From the NCBI RefSeq assembly GCF_026210795.1, contig NC_089430.1, forward strand, positions 1,364,001-1,428,000: DNA of 64,000 nucleotides. The letters run 5' to 3'. This document shows positions 24,871 through 38,793 of the stretch, piece after piece (position 1 is the stretch's first letter; every line of letters starts with the position of its first letter). The notes beneath the pieces were generated by a model, which saw only the letters and a program-made list of their open reading frames with translations, made no database searches and was not told the origin of the DNA. A program made the position numbers and the translations under genes. The DNA comes from Rhizophagus irregularis. Taxonomy: Eukaryota.

Positions 24871-25899
24871 TGGAATAAATTTACAAAAAAAAGTTTTTGA
24901 GGCTTTACTTTCTACAAAACTTAACGGTTAATTTACTCATTATAAAAAAAAAAATTATAAATCATTATAGGAAGAAAAAATTCAGAGAATCAAGTAATGA
25001 AAAAATAAACATTATTGGCGTGTGGAAAAACAGTTTTGAACGTCTCTTCTCTCTCTCCTCCTTATTCCTCCTCCTTTCTCTTTTTCTACTTCTTCTCTTC
25101 CTCTTCTTCTTCCCTCCTTCTACTTTCATATATAGGTACAGAAGATTCTTATCATATTTTCGGAGCGCAATTTTATTGGGCTTGTTTCTCAAATAAAATA
25201 TTAAATTAGATACCCAATTTTTTGTGATTTTTCGTCATTATAAAGAGATTCGCAACAAACTAGAAAAAATTTTTCTCGAGTTATAGTAAATTCGAACCTT
25301 GAAAAACAAATAATTGTACTTAGGATCTGAGTTGAGTTGGTTTTTCCAACTAAATTATAATAAAAAAAACCATTCGTTATGATACAAAATTACCAATTTG
25401 TTTAATTTTTTTTCGGAATGAAGATCCGGAGTGAAAAGTACTTGTTTTGACATTTTATGAATAAAGTTTTTTTTAAAAAAAAAATTCAGGAAACAAAAAA
25501 TCATTTATTCCCTTTATTGTAATTATTAGCGTAATCGTTATTTGTTTACGTAATCGGAAAAATAAATATTTTGAATAACAAAATAATGCGATTATTTTTA
25601 TTTCAGTAAGCTGACCAAAATAATCAAAATAATCGAATGTATTTTCTTAGTCAATTATAGAATTCTGCAAACCGCTATAAAAAAATAAATAAATAATTTT
25701 CTAAGTAAAAAGAAAAAAATAAAATAAGAATGTTTCAAATTTTTTTTGTTTTTAAAAACCATTTCCGCTTAAAATCGAAATCACATAAGAAATAAAACGT
25801 ATGATGGATATTACACAAATATGTAGGAAATTATTGTACAATTCAAATCTGATAACGAACTTCTTTACTTATTAATATGGTAAGATTAATAAAAAAGGA

Positions 25900-26230
25900 A
25901 AATAAAATTTTGGACCCTTTAAAATTAAAATCAGATGTACGATGCATGTGACGCTGAGGTGTTCTGTCAACTAATTAAATCAAAGCTATGTATAGTCTCA
26001 TTATAATTTATTAATAACAAGATTAGAAATTATAAAGAACAGGTAATAAACAGTTCTAGCTTAAAGAAGTCTGATTACAATGAATCAATTAAGCCCTTAT
26101 CAATATATGAACAAAATGGAACTGATAAGGCTGTTTTGAAAGCATGGGTAGCAACAAACATTCCGCTCGAAACAATTAATAAGATTGATTTATTTAAACG
26201 ACTTAATTCATCATATAATCCATCTAATGA
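25900..26230 (+). pseudogene. hAT transposase N-terminal relic
   Basis: DKAVLKAWVATNIPLETIN..DLFKRLNSSYNPS resembles DRACVKAFVICSIPWHIIKNPFFVEFVRTLRPGYVPPS in the hAT ORF at 63139. Confidence 0.6.
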
Positions 26231-29103
26231 TTTTAGATATTGATTTTATTATTTTTTTGCATAAAATATTGGTGATCGACAAATCACCGTTTTAAAACAA
26301 ATAGAGAAACTTTCAAAAATCTACCTTAAATTTACAATCCACCACTAAAGAAATTGTTTATGATAAAATTTTTTTTAATAAAAATTTTTTTTTAGGATCT
26401 AGATTAAACCTTGAACCGATTTTCACAATTCGCTTTTATTGTATTATATTTTATAAAGAAATTTTTGTTACAAAATTTTTAGAATATTGTTAACTTATTA
26501 ATCAGAGATATGAATATTGATGGCAATAATTTATGATTTTTTTAACGCGTTAATGGTTATTCTTTTGTAAAAATAAAATTAATCTCTTTCGTACAAAAAA
26601 TTTATTTATACGAAGATTGTAGACAATATTGGAATTTAATATAATTATAGGTTGTATGATCTTTTTAATATGCCTAAACAAATTTCTTGATAGTAGTACT
26701 TCAATTCATATCCAGATTGATCCAGATTGATCCAGATATTTTTTTTTTCAGATATCCAGATTTTGCAGTTTTCATCCAGATTGTAATCCGTATGAAAAAT
26801 ATCTGGTTTGAACCAGAATCTGAATGAATCTTTATTTATATTTTTTTTTTCATAGCACTGTAATTTTATATAATTAAGATTTACAAGAAATAAGTATATG
26901 TTTTTTTTTCATTAAAGTACAATTATAGACAAAACTTTAAATATTGAAAAGTGAAAAACACTGAAAACACTTGATTGACATGTTTGGTCAGCTGATTTTA
27001 AATGAATAATTATTGCAAAAAATTGGGATATTATAAAATTTAAGTAATTATGAGACAACTTTTTTTAAAAAATTAAAACCTTAGTGTTATATAATTTGAT
27101 TCAAATGATTCTTTAATTTTTGAAAGAAGAAACAAATCTCATTTTAACATTTAAAAATTGCCTTACTAACTCAAAACATCTATCTATAGTAATCTTCAGC
27201 TGTATACAAAACATTTTGTTTATCCAAAGTTTCATAGTTAGTTAATTTACAAATAAATGTTAAACAATAGTCTGAGAAATGCTGAATAATATGTAATTGG
27301 TTTAAAAAAAGTATCGAATAAAATTGGAATTATGAAAATTTTGCGGTCTTAGATAATTTTGGCCAAATTTGTAATTCTGGCTGAAATTAACATCACGTGA
27401 CACCGGAAAAATAGTTTAGCCACCGGGTAAAACATTTTTTTATTGGCTAAGCATAGTGGCATGAAAAATTTTAAATTTGTAATTCTGGCAGGCGTTATGA
27501 ATTCTGGCCAGAATTATTGCCGATCAGTTGTACAATCCAGATTCCGGTTTCTATCTGGATTATTTGACCCGCCGGATCCTTTTTTGTGTAACCCAGATGA
27601 CAGTTTTCATCTGGGTCGAAGCACTAGGTGTACCAATGAGTCAGTGACAAATGTTAAACAGATTGACAAATAACTATTACTAAGCTTGTACTGCGACATG
27701 TGATTTCACTATATTAGATTAAAATTTATTTTTTTTTGAAAAAATTTTTATTCTTTTTGAAAAAAAATTTTTAATAACAGATAAAATAAAATAAAATAAA
27801 ATAATATTATAAAGGTGCTTATTTCTTCACAAATATTTAAGAGATATTTTAATAAAATTAATTTAGGGATAGAGTTAAAAGTCCCAAAAAATTTTTTACA
27901 TTAAGTCTAAATCATATGAAAATTAATCAATAACCTTTTTTGTTTTATAAAGTAGCTATTACTGTCATATGTAGATGAGAAATCCAATTGCACAAGTAAT
28001 TGATTAATGGTAAAAGATGATAAAGATGCAGTAGACGCATTCAGGATGCTTATTGCATCAGTAATTAGAATTCATATTGTTAATATATTAAAATGTAAGG
28101 ATGAGCTTCATCTATACTACTTGTTACTTTTAGAAACTTCAAATTTAGAAACTCCATTTTTGAAGGAGCCATATTCATTATAAAGACTAATCTTCTACTA
28201 GAAAAATTAGCCAAGGCCCAAAATTCTTCTTAATGATAATTTGTCCATTAAACTTAAATATTCTTACCAAATTGTAACTGATTTCATGGGATATGAAGTT
28301 AATTTTAACCAACCATGGTTAGATTCTTCTTTATCAACCAAAAATTACATTGCTATAATTGGAAATATCACAATATGGTAGATTGCAGAATATTTTGGGT
28401 CAATATATCCAAAAGGCTATTTTAGCATGTTTATAAAACAATGTGGAAATAATATAGACACATATCCTGACATACAATCTATGATCTAACATTTGTCGTG
28501 ATTATATCACACATATTCATGTGGAATAGGTTTTCGAGAACGGATACACCTAAAGACATTAATCTTTCGCACAATGTTAACTAGATTATACTGACATATT
28601 GTTTTGCTATAGTTAGTTTTATGAATTAATAGTTACCAAAGGATACATATTATTTCGACTACATATATCAATGATTAGCAATAGTTTTTAGTAATCGAAC
28701 TTAGGGCATTATTACTCCAAAGGATACATATAGAAAGTTGAATTTGTGGTACTTTTTGTGCAATGTAGTTCATTAATCATTTACTTGTCACATACTGTAG
28801 TCAACAAAAAACTAGTTCTGAGACGCAGCAGGATAATTAAACAAAAAATGACATTGTGACCGGGGGAGGAACGGCTATTTCTTGGTCTTTTAACGTTTAA
28901 CCAAACATGACAGATTTAATAATATCAATATATATTTTTTAGACAGTTCCTTTTAATAAATTGTATAATGTTTTGATCAATTACAAACTGATTTTATTTT
29001 TATGAAGAATAAACAGTGTTGAACAAAAATTACATAAATATTTATTGGGTAGGATCCGCTATAATTGTCAAATATATATAACTATTGTCTAAGTTATTTT
29101 AAT

Positions 29104-30789
29104 TCAATTAACGATTTCACATTCTAAACATTCACTATTACTTTTTGAAAGCTCTCCTATAATATAAAAAATAATTCATATAAGTAGTCTGAAATGAGTA
29201 AAACAAATAAGTTAAAAGAATTATTTCATTAAATACCTGAATATATAATTTCTGTTATATTATCACAATTTTCATAATAATTATTAGAATTTTTTGGTTC
29301 GGGAAGATTATTAAATTTAAAAGGTCTACTTGCATATATAGCTCCAGGATGTGTAAAAGGTAAATTAGAAATATTAGTAGATGATGAATTATCATTAATA
29401 TCTAACATTTGTTTAATTAATTCTGATTCAACTAATTCTGGTTGCTTATTTCTATATTGATTAAGTTCTATGTTCCATTCATTAATAGTTCTCGAAAGAT
29501 CCTTTGCATTTGGTCGGTTTGAAGGATTTGCATCTAGACATCTTTTAATTAAATACACAATTAATTGTGGTACCTTAATATTAAAATTGGGTCTTAACCC
29601 TTTACAGATCTCCGTTGCTAAATATTCATCGTGATTAATATCTGGATATGGAGGAGTTTTTGAAATTGTTTCATACATAATTATGCCAAAACTGTAAATA
29701 TCAGATGCTTGGGTATAATGTCCTTCTCTTATAACTTCAGGAGCCATATAAGGTAAAACACCATACACGGTATTATCCGTATTTTCTAATTTATCATAAT
29801 ATGCTGGTTTACATAATCCCATATCGGTTATACACGTTGTTCGCATAAAACTTAATATATTTCCAATATGTAAATCTCGATGAATTAAACCTTTTTCATG
29901 AATTCTTCTAAGTCCGGCTGCAATATCACTTAAAATACCGATTTTAAAATTTAAATTAAAATTAATATAACGCATTTTTTTTTGATTTAACTTTATGTCA
30001 TTTAAAAAATTTCGTAAACTTCCCCTTTTAGCATATGGCATGACCATAATATAATCTTTAGTAGATGGATCTTGACTTATCCCATAACATCTTACAAATT
30101 CATTTAATGGTTTATATTCAAATATCTTAACGTGTGATGTGACCTATATTATTAAATAAATTAATTAGCAAAATTAAAACATTTAAAAATAAAAAACTAA
30201 AAAAATATATATATACTTCATTGATAAATTTCAATGTAAGATTTTGTGATCTATCTAAAATTTTAAGGGCCACATATGTATTCGGATTATTTCTTCTCCA
30301 TTGATGTTTAGTTGCATCCCAATGTGAAATATAGCCATCTTTCCAATATGCTCTATATATTTTTCCAAACCCGCCTTTTGCAATATATACAATTTCAGAA
30401 AATCTATCATAAGGTATCCACTCAAGTAATTGAAAATGACTTCTTGCTGATAATTGATTATTTTGAATAAACTTATCAATGTCATCATTACCACTAGTCC
30501 AATTACTAAAATTTTGTTGAAATTTATTTGAATTACAAGTATGACACCAATTCTTCCCCGAATTTATTTGTTTACATTCTGCACACTTTCCATATTTTTT
30601 TTCTCCATAAATTGAACTACAGGTATGACAATAATTTACTTCTTTATTTATTGGCTTTATTTGTTTGCATGATATACACTTTCCATGTTCTCGTTCTTTT
30701 AAATTCGAATTACAAGCCTGACAAATGAGTGAAGTACTTATTTGTTTACATTTTATACATCTTCCATATTCTTCGTTTGATTGATCCAT
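29104..30789 (-). CDS. Tyrosine-kinase-like protein kinase with three N-terminal CxxC..CxxC repeats, 3 exons, ~510 aa
   Basis: Exons 30789-30217, 30143-29237, 29156-29104; AKGGFG, VALK, HRDLHIGN, DMG, YMAPE; C-terminus SECLECEIVN. Confidence 0.88.
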
Positions 30790-32275
30790 AGTACAAACAG
30801 TAATCACTACGATTCTGAAAAGGAAAAGGATAATCGAACGGTTATTTTTGTGAGATATAAAAAGTATTACCAAATTATAATAATTTTAAATTAACGTTAA
30901 GTGATGATTGAGTCTCTATATATAAAAAAAATAATAAATCAAAGCTAAACTATTCTTATCACTATCGGCCGAATCGGAAAAACCTTTTTATGGAAAGGAT
31001 GATCCATTTACCAATTCTTACCATTGTTTAAAAAATAAAGATACCCGAAATTTTTCTAGATTTTTCTACGCCTAATTGATGATGATTATATCCTGAAATT
31101 GTATTGGAATGAAAAATTGGGCGTATTTTAAGTATTTTTTTTTGGATTGGATTTCACATTTAATCTAACCATAATTCTCAATTTGGTCGAAAATACTCTC
31201 ATATTTGTTTAAATTCTTTTTTTGTTTTTTAAAAAAAAAGGAATTACTTTCCATTTTTAATTTATTCTTTTCTCTTTTTCGTAATAAAAAGGAGTTGAAC
31301 TTTTAAAATAATTCAAGAAATCATTTAACCATTTTTGTTGAACCTTTTTTTTTTTTAACTCTAAAAAAAAATTCATCTCACAAAAAGAAATTACTCAATA
31401 TTTCATTTTAATTAATTATATTTATATTAGGTTATATTAATATTTATAGTTATGATGTTTATCATTTTTATTAATGTTATAATAGTTGTTTATGTAACGT
31501 GAACCATACAAAAATACAACGTTCGGATAAAAGTATTGAGGGAAAAATTTCCTGATATGGGATTTGTAGGAATAATTATATATTTCAAATTAAAAATATA
31601 ATATATTTTAAAAGTATTACATAGTAATGGATTTTATTATTATAATATGAAGAATTATATTTCAAAAACTTACTAAATAGGAAACGGAAACCGTCGTTAA
31701 GTTCAAAGTCCATTTAATTACATTTATGGAATGGGCGTAAAGTTTAGGCTTTCAATAAGCACACAAATAAACAGTAACCTGCAGTTTTGTACGACTATCA
31801 TACATTCATTCAAGTATCTTTTCAACAAAAATTCTGATTGATTGTAAAAATAAGGTTATTGATATGCAGTTTAACAATAACGAAAATTCAAATACATGAG
31901 ACGAACATTTTTCTTGAATAAAAGAATATCATCAATATTTGAACGTCTGGACAGAATTTTCCGGTACGTGGTCGTCTGGTTGTGAAAATTTTTAAGACAA
32001 TTTGAAAAGTAAAATTATATTGTACCAATAAAAAAGGTATCTGCTCAACCGGGTTGAATAATAATAATATTAATCGCTTATAGTTTCTGTTTCTTTGTCC
32101 AAATGTGATGTGGTGGAACGTATAGCATGTGATCATTCAACCGTGATAGTAAATAACCAAATACAAATACATGTATTTAAACGGAGCGTTTCTTTTTTTT
32201 CAAAAAAAAAAAAAAAATTAATAATTAATAAGATAAACCAAAACTCATTTAATACCTATTTTTTTTTAAGTGAAA

Positions 32276-33383
32276 ATGGCAAATTCACTTTTGGCCGCAG
32301 CACTAAGTGCTGTAACGCATCGTTCGGTTATTACTTATGATGATTATTCAAACGGAGGATATGATGGATGCTCTCAATTGGATCAAAAGGCTCTTCATCA
32401 ATCTCATTTAATTGGCGGTAAAGTGCCAACATTTAATGAGGTTGTTAATTCAGGTCCATCGAATTTTGACACTATAAGAACAATGTCTTTTAATAGTAAT
32501 CGTAATCAGCACGACGATCAAAAGTGCGTGTACGTTAAAACATTAACTGGAAAAACTATAACAATTGAAGTCGAGTTTAGTGATACAATTGATCAATTAA
32601 AAACAAAAATTACTGAAAAAGAAGGTATACCACCAGATCAACAAAGATTAATTTTTGCTGGTAAGCAACTTGAAGATGGCCGTACTTTAAGTGATTACAA
32701 TATATGTGATGAGTCCACGCTACATTTAGTATTAAGATTAAGGGGTGGCTATCTTCCCCCTTCTACTGCTTTATTTATTCATCCGGATATGCTTGCACCA
32801 ACGTACGATTATGATTTTACGCAAGTAGATGATAAAGGTGTAACTTTTATGCGAGGAAATTTTGAGTATAAGCGACCTTGTGGCTGGAAAAGAATTGCTC
32901 TAAATGTTCTTAATAAATATGAAGATAATATTTGGCTCGGGGTTGATGGGAGTACTAGACAATCTATAACAAATTCAGTACAAAATGAATGGCCAGGTAT
33001 TTATTTTCTTTCTTTGATATGCATATATTTTATAATATCCTTATGTGCTAATTTAATATTTTATAAATTTAATAGTTTCATATCATGGAACTGCCAGGAA
33101 TAACTGCAAATCAATTGCTGAAGATGGGTATCTCTTGTGTAAGAGTAAACGATTCGCATTTGGACATGGAATTTATTCTACTCCAGATATTGATGTTGCA
33201 TATTTATACGCTACTGAATTTACTCATGAAGGAAGTAATTATAAAATCGTGTTTCAAAATAGAGTTAATCCAAACTGCTTAAATAGGGTTTCGAAGGAAG
33301 AAACTGGAGTTGGTGAATATTGGATTTCACCAAATGAAAGTGATTTGCGTCCTTATGGTATCTGTATTAGGAAAGAAAATTAA
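32276..33383 (+). CDS. Ubiquitin domain fused to a PARP-like (NEURL4-type) ADP-ribosyltransferase domain, 2 exons, ~342 aa
   Basis: Exons 32276-32996 and 33076-33383; near-canonical ubiquitin ending LRLRGG; then [28 protein letters not shown] motifs. Confidence 0.85.
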
Positions 33384-34404
33384 TTAACTCATAGTTATGT
33401 AGAATATTTTTTTTTTCAAAAATCATTATTATAAATCATTATTATTTTTAAAAGTTATCAAAATTATGAGTTGAATTAAAAAATGATTATGTATAAATCA
33501 AGAATATTTAATAAATAAAATACTTTGTGTTCTGAGTGTGCCATATATTTGAATAGCATAGTATATTTAATAATACTGTATATTAATTTCGGGTTTTTTT
33601 GGGTATAAAGTTTAAAGACTTTAATAAATATGTTTTCGTTTTGGGAAAAAAGATTTAAATTTTCGATAAATCCCATATTTCCTTTAGTCTGATCACTCTG
33701 ATCAGTGATCACGGATTATAATTTTTTAGAAGGTAAATATGTTATCCATGTTTACGTAACCTTGTCTTTTTTTTAAATATACAGTAAATTAATGGATGTT
33801 GATAAAGAAAAATTGACCTTTTATGCACACGTACAGTACATAACGATTGCAACCAGTTGAAACTAAAATGCCAAATGTTAAAACTATTTCATCATTTAGT
33901 TCCAGTTAAACTGAAACCAGTCATTACTTTGAATTAACTGATTTAATAAATTTAATGCATATAACGCATATGTAAAATAACTAATTAATAGATGTTAATT
34001 AGAAATAAAATCATTTACCGATTTTCTTTTATTAAAAAGTAATTAAAAAAAAATTCATATAATTTAAAATTTATTACTAACATGGAATTAACGTAAATAC
34101 AACGTAAAAAATCCTTTAAGATTATAAAATTTTATTATATATATATTGGATAATAATATAAAAATTTTAAGCTAATATAAGTTACTTAAATTATAAATTA
34201 AAAACTTACATTTTAATGTCATAAATAATTCGATTAAAAAAGTAAAATATATACACATATTTTTAAATACTTAATATCGCGAAACTTTTTTTTATAAAAG
34301 AAAATTGAAAAATGTTAAATAAATTAGTACTTAAATAATTCATTTATTAAAGTATAACTAATATTTCATTTAAAACAAAATATTTATCTTTAAACTATTA
34401 TCAC

Positions 34405-37400
34405 TTAATTCTCTTCAATCAATGAACAAAAATCAACGTCCATATCGTCAGAAATTTTATATTTATCGATATCTGTTAAAAATTAGAAAAAATATTAATT
34501 AAATATTTATAATAATAAAATTTTGCTTAAGTTACAAATTTATTACCATCTTTAGGGAGTTCCTCTACAAAAGGATTAAGTAATCGGGATTTATAAATAG
34601 CTTGTGGGTGAGTAGTAAGTGATTGGCTATCTTTAATAGATGAAAGATTTTTTCTTCTATATTCTTCTGCTTCATTAAATTGCTTTTCAATTTCATAATC
34701 TCTACTTCCAGACTTATGAAAATACGATCGAAAAAATAATGAAATTAATTCAAAAATTTCAGTTGTATTTGGCCTATTATATTGATTTAAATCCCAACAT
34801 CTTTTCATTAAATCAATATAACATTTTGGTGCTAATAATTCGTTTATTTCAGGTCTAATTCCTTTTAATATATCTGTTGCTAAAATATGATCATGTGCAC
34901 GATCTTCGAAAGGTTGTTTTCCAGTTATTACAAAGTACATAATCATACCAAAACTATATATATCTGCTGCTTGAGTATAAGGTTTTCCTTTTAACACTTC
35001 AGGAGAAACGTAAGGCATAATTCCACAAACATTATCTTGATTAGTATCACCAATATTTCCACTTAATCCCATATCTGAAATAAGTACATCATCATCAGAT
35101 ATTGTACTTTCTAAAAGAAAGCTTACGCTCAATAATATATTTCCTGTATGAAAATCATGATGAACCATATCTCTTTGATGAATTACTTTAAGTCCTCTTA
35201 TAACATTATATAATAAAACTAATTTATTTTGCCAATCAAAATATTCATAATTTTTTATCATCCAATGGTCAAAATCATTTCCCTTTGCATAATCAAGAAC
35301 CATAATATAATGTTTTGAAACTGGATCCTGAGATATGCCATATACTTTAAGAATATTATCACGATCATAAACACTATTAATTGAATATGCTTTAATCTAT
35401 TAAAAAAAAGAAAAATTCATTATTATTATGCTGCAAAATGTTTAAATTATAAGAAACTATTTCATACCTCGTTTAAAAATTCATTAGAGATATCTCGAGA
35501 ATCACTTAAACATTTTAAAGCAACTTTTTTATTCTTAATTCTTTTATAATCAAATTTTTTTTTACGATTGTATTTTAATGGACCATTTTTCCATATCGCT
35601 GAATACACTATAGAAAATCCACCTTTACCTATTTTTTTAATATCTCTAAACTGATTATATGGAATCCATTCAAATATTATATCACTTGATTTATCAATTT
35701 CTGATCGAAATTCTTTAAGCATATTATTAATTTTTTCATTTCCGCTAGTAATATTTGTTAAATAAGTTTTTAAGTGACATAATTTACACCATTTGTGTTT
35801 TATATTCGTATATAATTCACCACATTTTTTACAATAATATCCATCTGGATAAATTATAACGTAATCCTTTGTAATTGGATGTTGTGATATTCCATATAAC
35901 TTACGAATGATATTATCATTATCATTGTCAGCATTATGGTTATCGTCGTCATCATCATCTTCTTCATCATCGTCATCATCATAGAAATCATACTTGTCAT
36001 TGTCATCATCATCATCATTGCTATTATTACCACCATCATAATCATCACTGTCATCATCGTCATCATCGTCATCATCATCATCACCACGACCACCATTATC
36101 ACTATTCTCTACAATCATAATATCATCGTTATCGTCATCATCATCTTCATAATAATCACCATCATAATCATCACTATTATTTTTATCACTTTTGATTGAA
36201 TGTGATTTAATCTATTAAGACATTAAGAAGTATTAATAAATATCCGAGAAAAAATATTATAAATCAATAAAAAAAATATTATTACCATATTCAGAAAATC
36301 ATTAGTGATATTTTGCGTGTTGTATAAACATTTTAAAATAACTTCTTTATTTTGATTTCTTGTATAACCATATTTATTTTTACGATAAATTAATGGACCA
36401 TCTTTCCATATTGCGGAATACAATGTAGAAAATTCATCCTCACATATTTTTATAATCTCATCAAACTGATTGTATTGTACCCATTCAAATGCTATATCCC
36501 ACGGATGATCCATTTTTAATTGCATTTCCTGGATTAAAGTATCAATTATTTCATTTCCACTAGTAGTAAATGTAAAAACATCTTTTGAATAACAGGGCTT
36601 ACACCATTTATGCTCTGTATTTGTGTATACTTTACAACATTTTTTACAATACCCATCTGATAGAACCATAATGTAATCTTTTGTTTTTGTATCTTGAGAT
36701 ATTCCATATATTTTAGGAATATTATTATTATCACGGTTATCATCATAATCATTATCAATTGAATATACCTTAATCTATTAAATATATAAAAAAAAAATTA
36801 AGTATTATAAAAAATATTATCATAAAATCCAATAAAAAAATTAAAATTTCTTACCTCATTTAAAAATTCGTTAGTAATAATTTTTGAGTTACTACTTATA
36901 TTACTATGTAGATACTTTAAAGTGACATTTTTATTTTGTTGGTTTCTTATATATTTATATGTATGATCATCACTAGCATCTTCAGCATCGTCATCATAAT
37001 GTAACAGACCATCTTTCCATATTGCTGAATATAATATGGATAGCTCATCTTCACCTAATTTTTTAATTTCATTAAATTGAATGTATGGTATCCACTCAAA
37101 TATTATATTTTTATAATCAAGGTTTAATTGCATTTCTTGAATTAAATTATCAATTTTTTCGTTTCCGCTAGTCCAATTTGTAAAATTTTCTTTCAAAAGA
37201 TTTATTTGACACGATTTACACCATTTGCACCATCTCTTATCTCTATAACTATATTGCTTGCCACATTTATCACAATGCATATATTGAAGAACCATGATAT
37301 AATCTTTTGTAATTGGATTTTGAGATATTCCATATATTTTAAGAACCTCATCAGCATATCTGCTAATAGTATATGATTTAACCTAAGAAAAAAAAATATA

Positions 37401-37847
37401 TCATAATTTTAGTATTAGATCGTAAAATATTATAATAAAATTTATTAAATCTCATACCTCATTTAAAAATTCATTAGAGATATTTTGTGAATTATTAAAT
37501 AAACATTTTAGTGTAACTTTTTTATTCGGATTTCTTTCGTATATTTTTTTATTATCATTATATTCTATTGGTCCATCCTTCCATGTTGCTGAAAGTACAG
37601 TAACTATATTATCTTTATTTAATTCTTTAATATCATTAAATTGATTATATGGTATCCATTCAAATATAATATTCCATGGACTTTCAATTTTTGATTGCAT
37701 TTCTTGAATTAAATCATCAACGATTTTATTTCCGTTCGGGTTTGTAAAATTATTTCTTAAATTATCTATTTGGCATGATCTACACCATTCAAGGTGCATA
37801 TATCTACCACATTGATCACAAACTTTTACAGAAAACTCTCTATACAT
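34405..37847 (-). CDS. Protein kinase with 4 tandem zinc-finger + N-lobe modules and a poly-Asp insert, 6 exons, ~1,020 aa
   Basis: Exons 37847-37458, 37382-36855, 36774-36286, 36211-35468, 35396-34547, 34472-34405; last module GKGGF/VALK; C-lobe HHDFHTGN, DMG, YVSPE. Confidence 0.87.
35905..36200 (-). repeat. Imperfect (GAT/GAC/AAT)n coding microsatellite
   Basis: (TCA)n-rich tract on the plus strand, read in frame as an Asp/Asn run in exon 4 of the kinase. Confidence 0.9.
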
Positions 37848-38232
37848 TTTTGCTAAATTTTCAATTTTTTATTTTAATTCGAATGAGAGTGTGTGAATAA
37901 TTTTTTTGTTAATGGAAAAAATCAGCTTAAATAGTTTGTATAACCAATGATCAAAACATACTAAATTAGTAATATCCGAAAATGTAGATCGTTTGTAATA
38001 CATTAATAGTTCGGTTAGGCAAAATGGTAACCACAAGGCGACGCAAAAGTTATTTTTATTTTTATTTTTTGGCCAATAAAAGTAGTTTATATTTTATAAT
38101 ATCATGTGATAAACGCATGTATTATAGAAATCAATATCGAGACGACGAGACGGACACATTGCTTTAAAGAAAATTTCTCATTCTGATATATGAAAAAAAA
38201 AGATTAGCAATTTTATTTATTTATTTTATTAA

Positions 38233-38793
38233 TTGCCAGTCCGTCACTTAACGGTACAAAATTAATTTGTAGATCCGGCGCAGATTTTATATGAATTACG
38301 TTAATTGGCATATTTTGATGTCGATTTTGTCCCACAAGGTCACGTTTAAATGTAACGATGACTCACCAATCAATAACATTAAACGTGAATAAGCCACAAA
38401 AAAAAATTTTTTCATCGTTCGATTTATATTTTAGTTAAGATAAGACTTTTTATACATGAATTTTGCAAATTTTACGAGGTTTTTTAACACTATTAAAAAA
38501 TATATATTATTTTCTTTACCAAATTAACAAAATAACAAAAAAATATATATATATTTTTATTGTTCTTTTTTAGTTTTTTTTTTGGCACACCTTGATCCTA
38601 CCGGTTTTAGAAAACACACCCAGGTAATGTAATACCTTTTTCTAGCAAAATTTTGAAGTATTTATGTTGTTGTGACGTGTTTTTAAGATAGTGCAAACAC
38701 CATTCCAGAGCAATAGTATTTAATATATAAAAGTCCGTCGAAATTAATTATAGATTGCCGATCATTTTGTACCGTTGAGTGGCGGACCGGCAA
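38233..38793. mobile_element. ~560-bp non-autonomous TIR element
   Basis: TIR TTGCCAGTCCGTCACTTAACGGTACAAAAT / ATTTTGTACCGTTGAGTGGCGGACCGGCAA, with TTAA on both sides. Confidence 0.8.

Noticed and set aside
26705..27640. ATCCAGATT repeats ending in CAGTG/TAGTG-type termini (~26860 and ~27626)
   Set aside because: Probably hAT end relics, but no partner TIR or TSD was found.
27980..28490. Coding-like stretch with stops
   Set aside because: Could not be assigned to any family or spliced into a credible model.
35854..36199. Met-rich and Ile-rich ORFs
   Set aside because: Alternative-frame and antisense readings of the (GAT)n tract.
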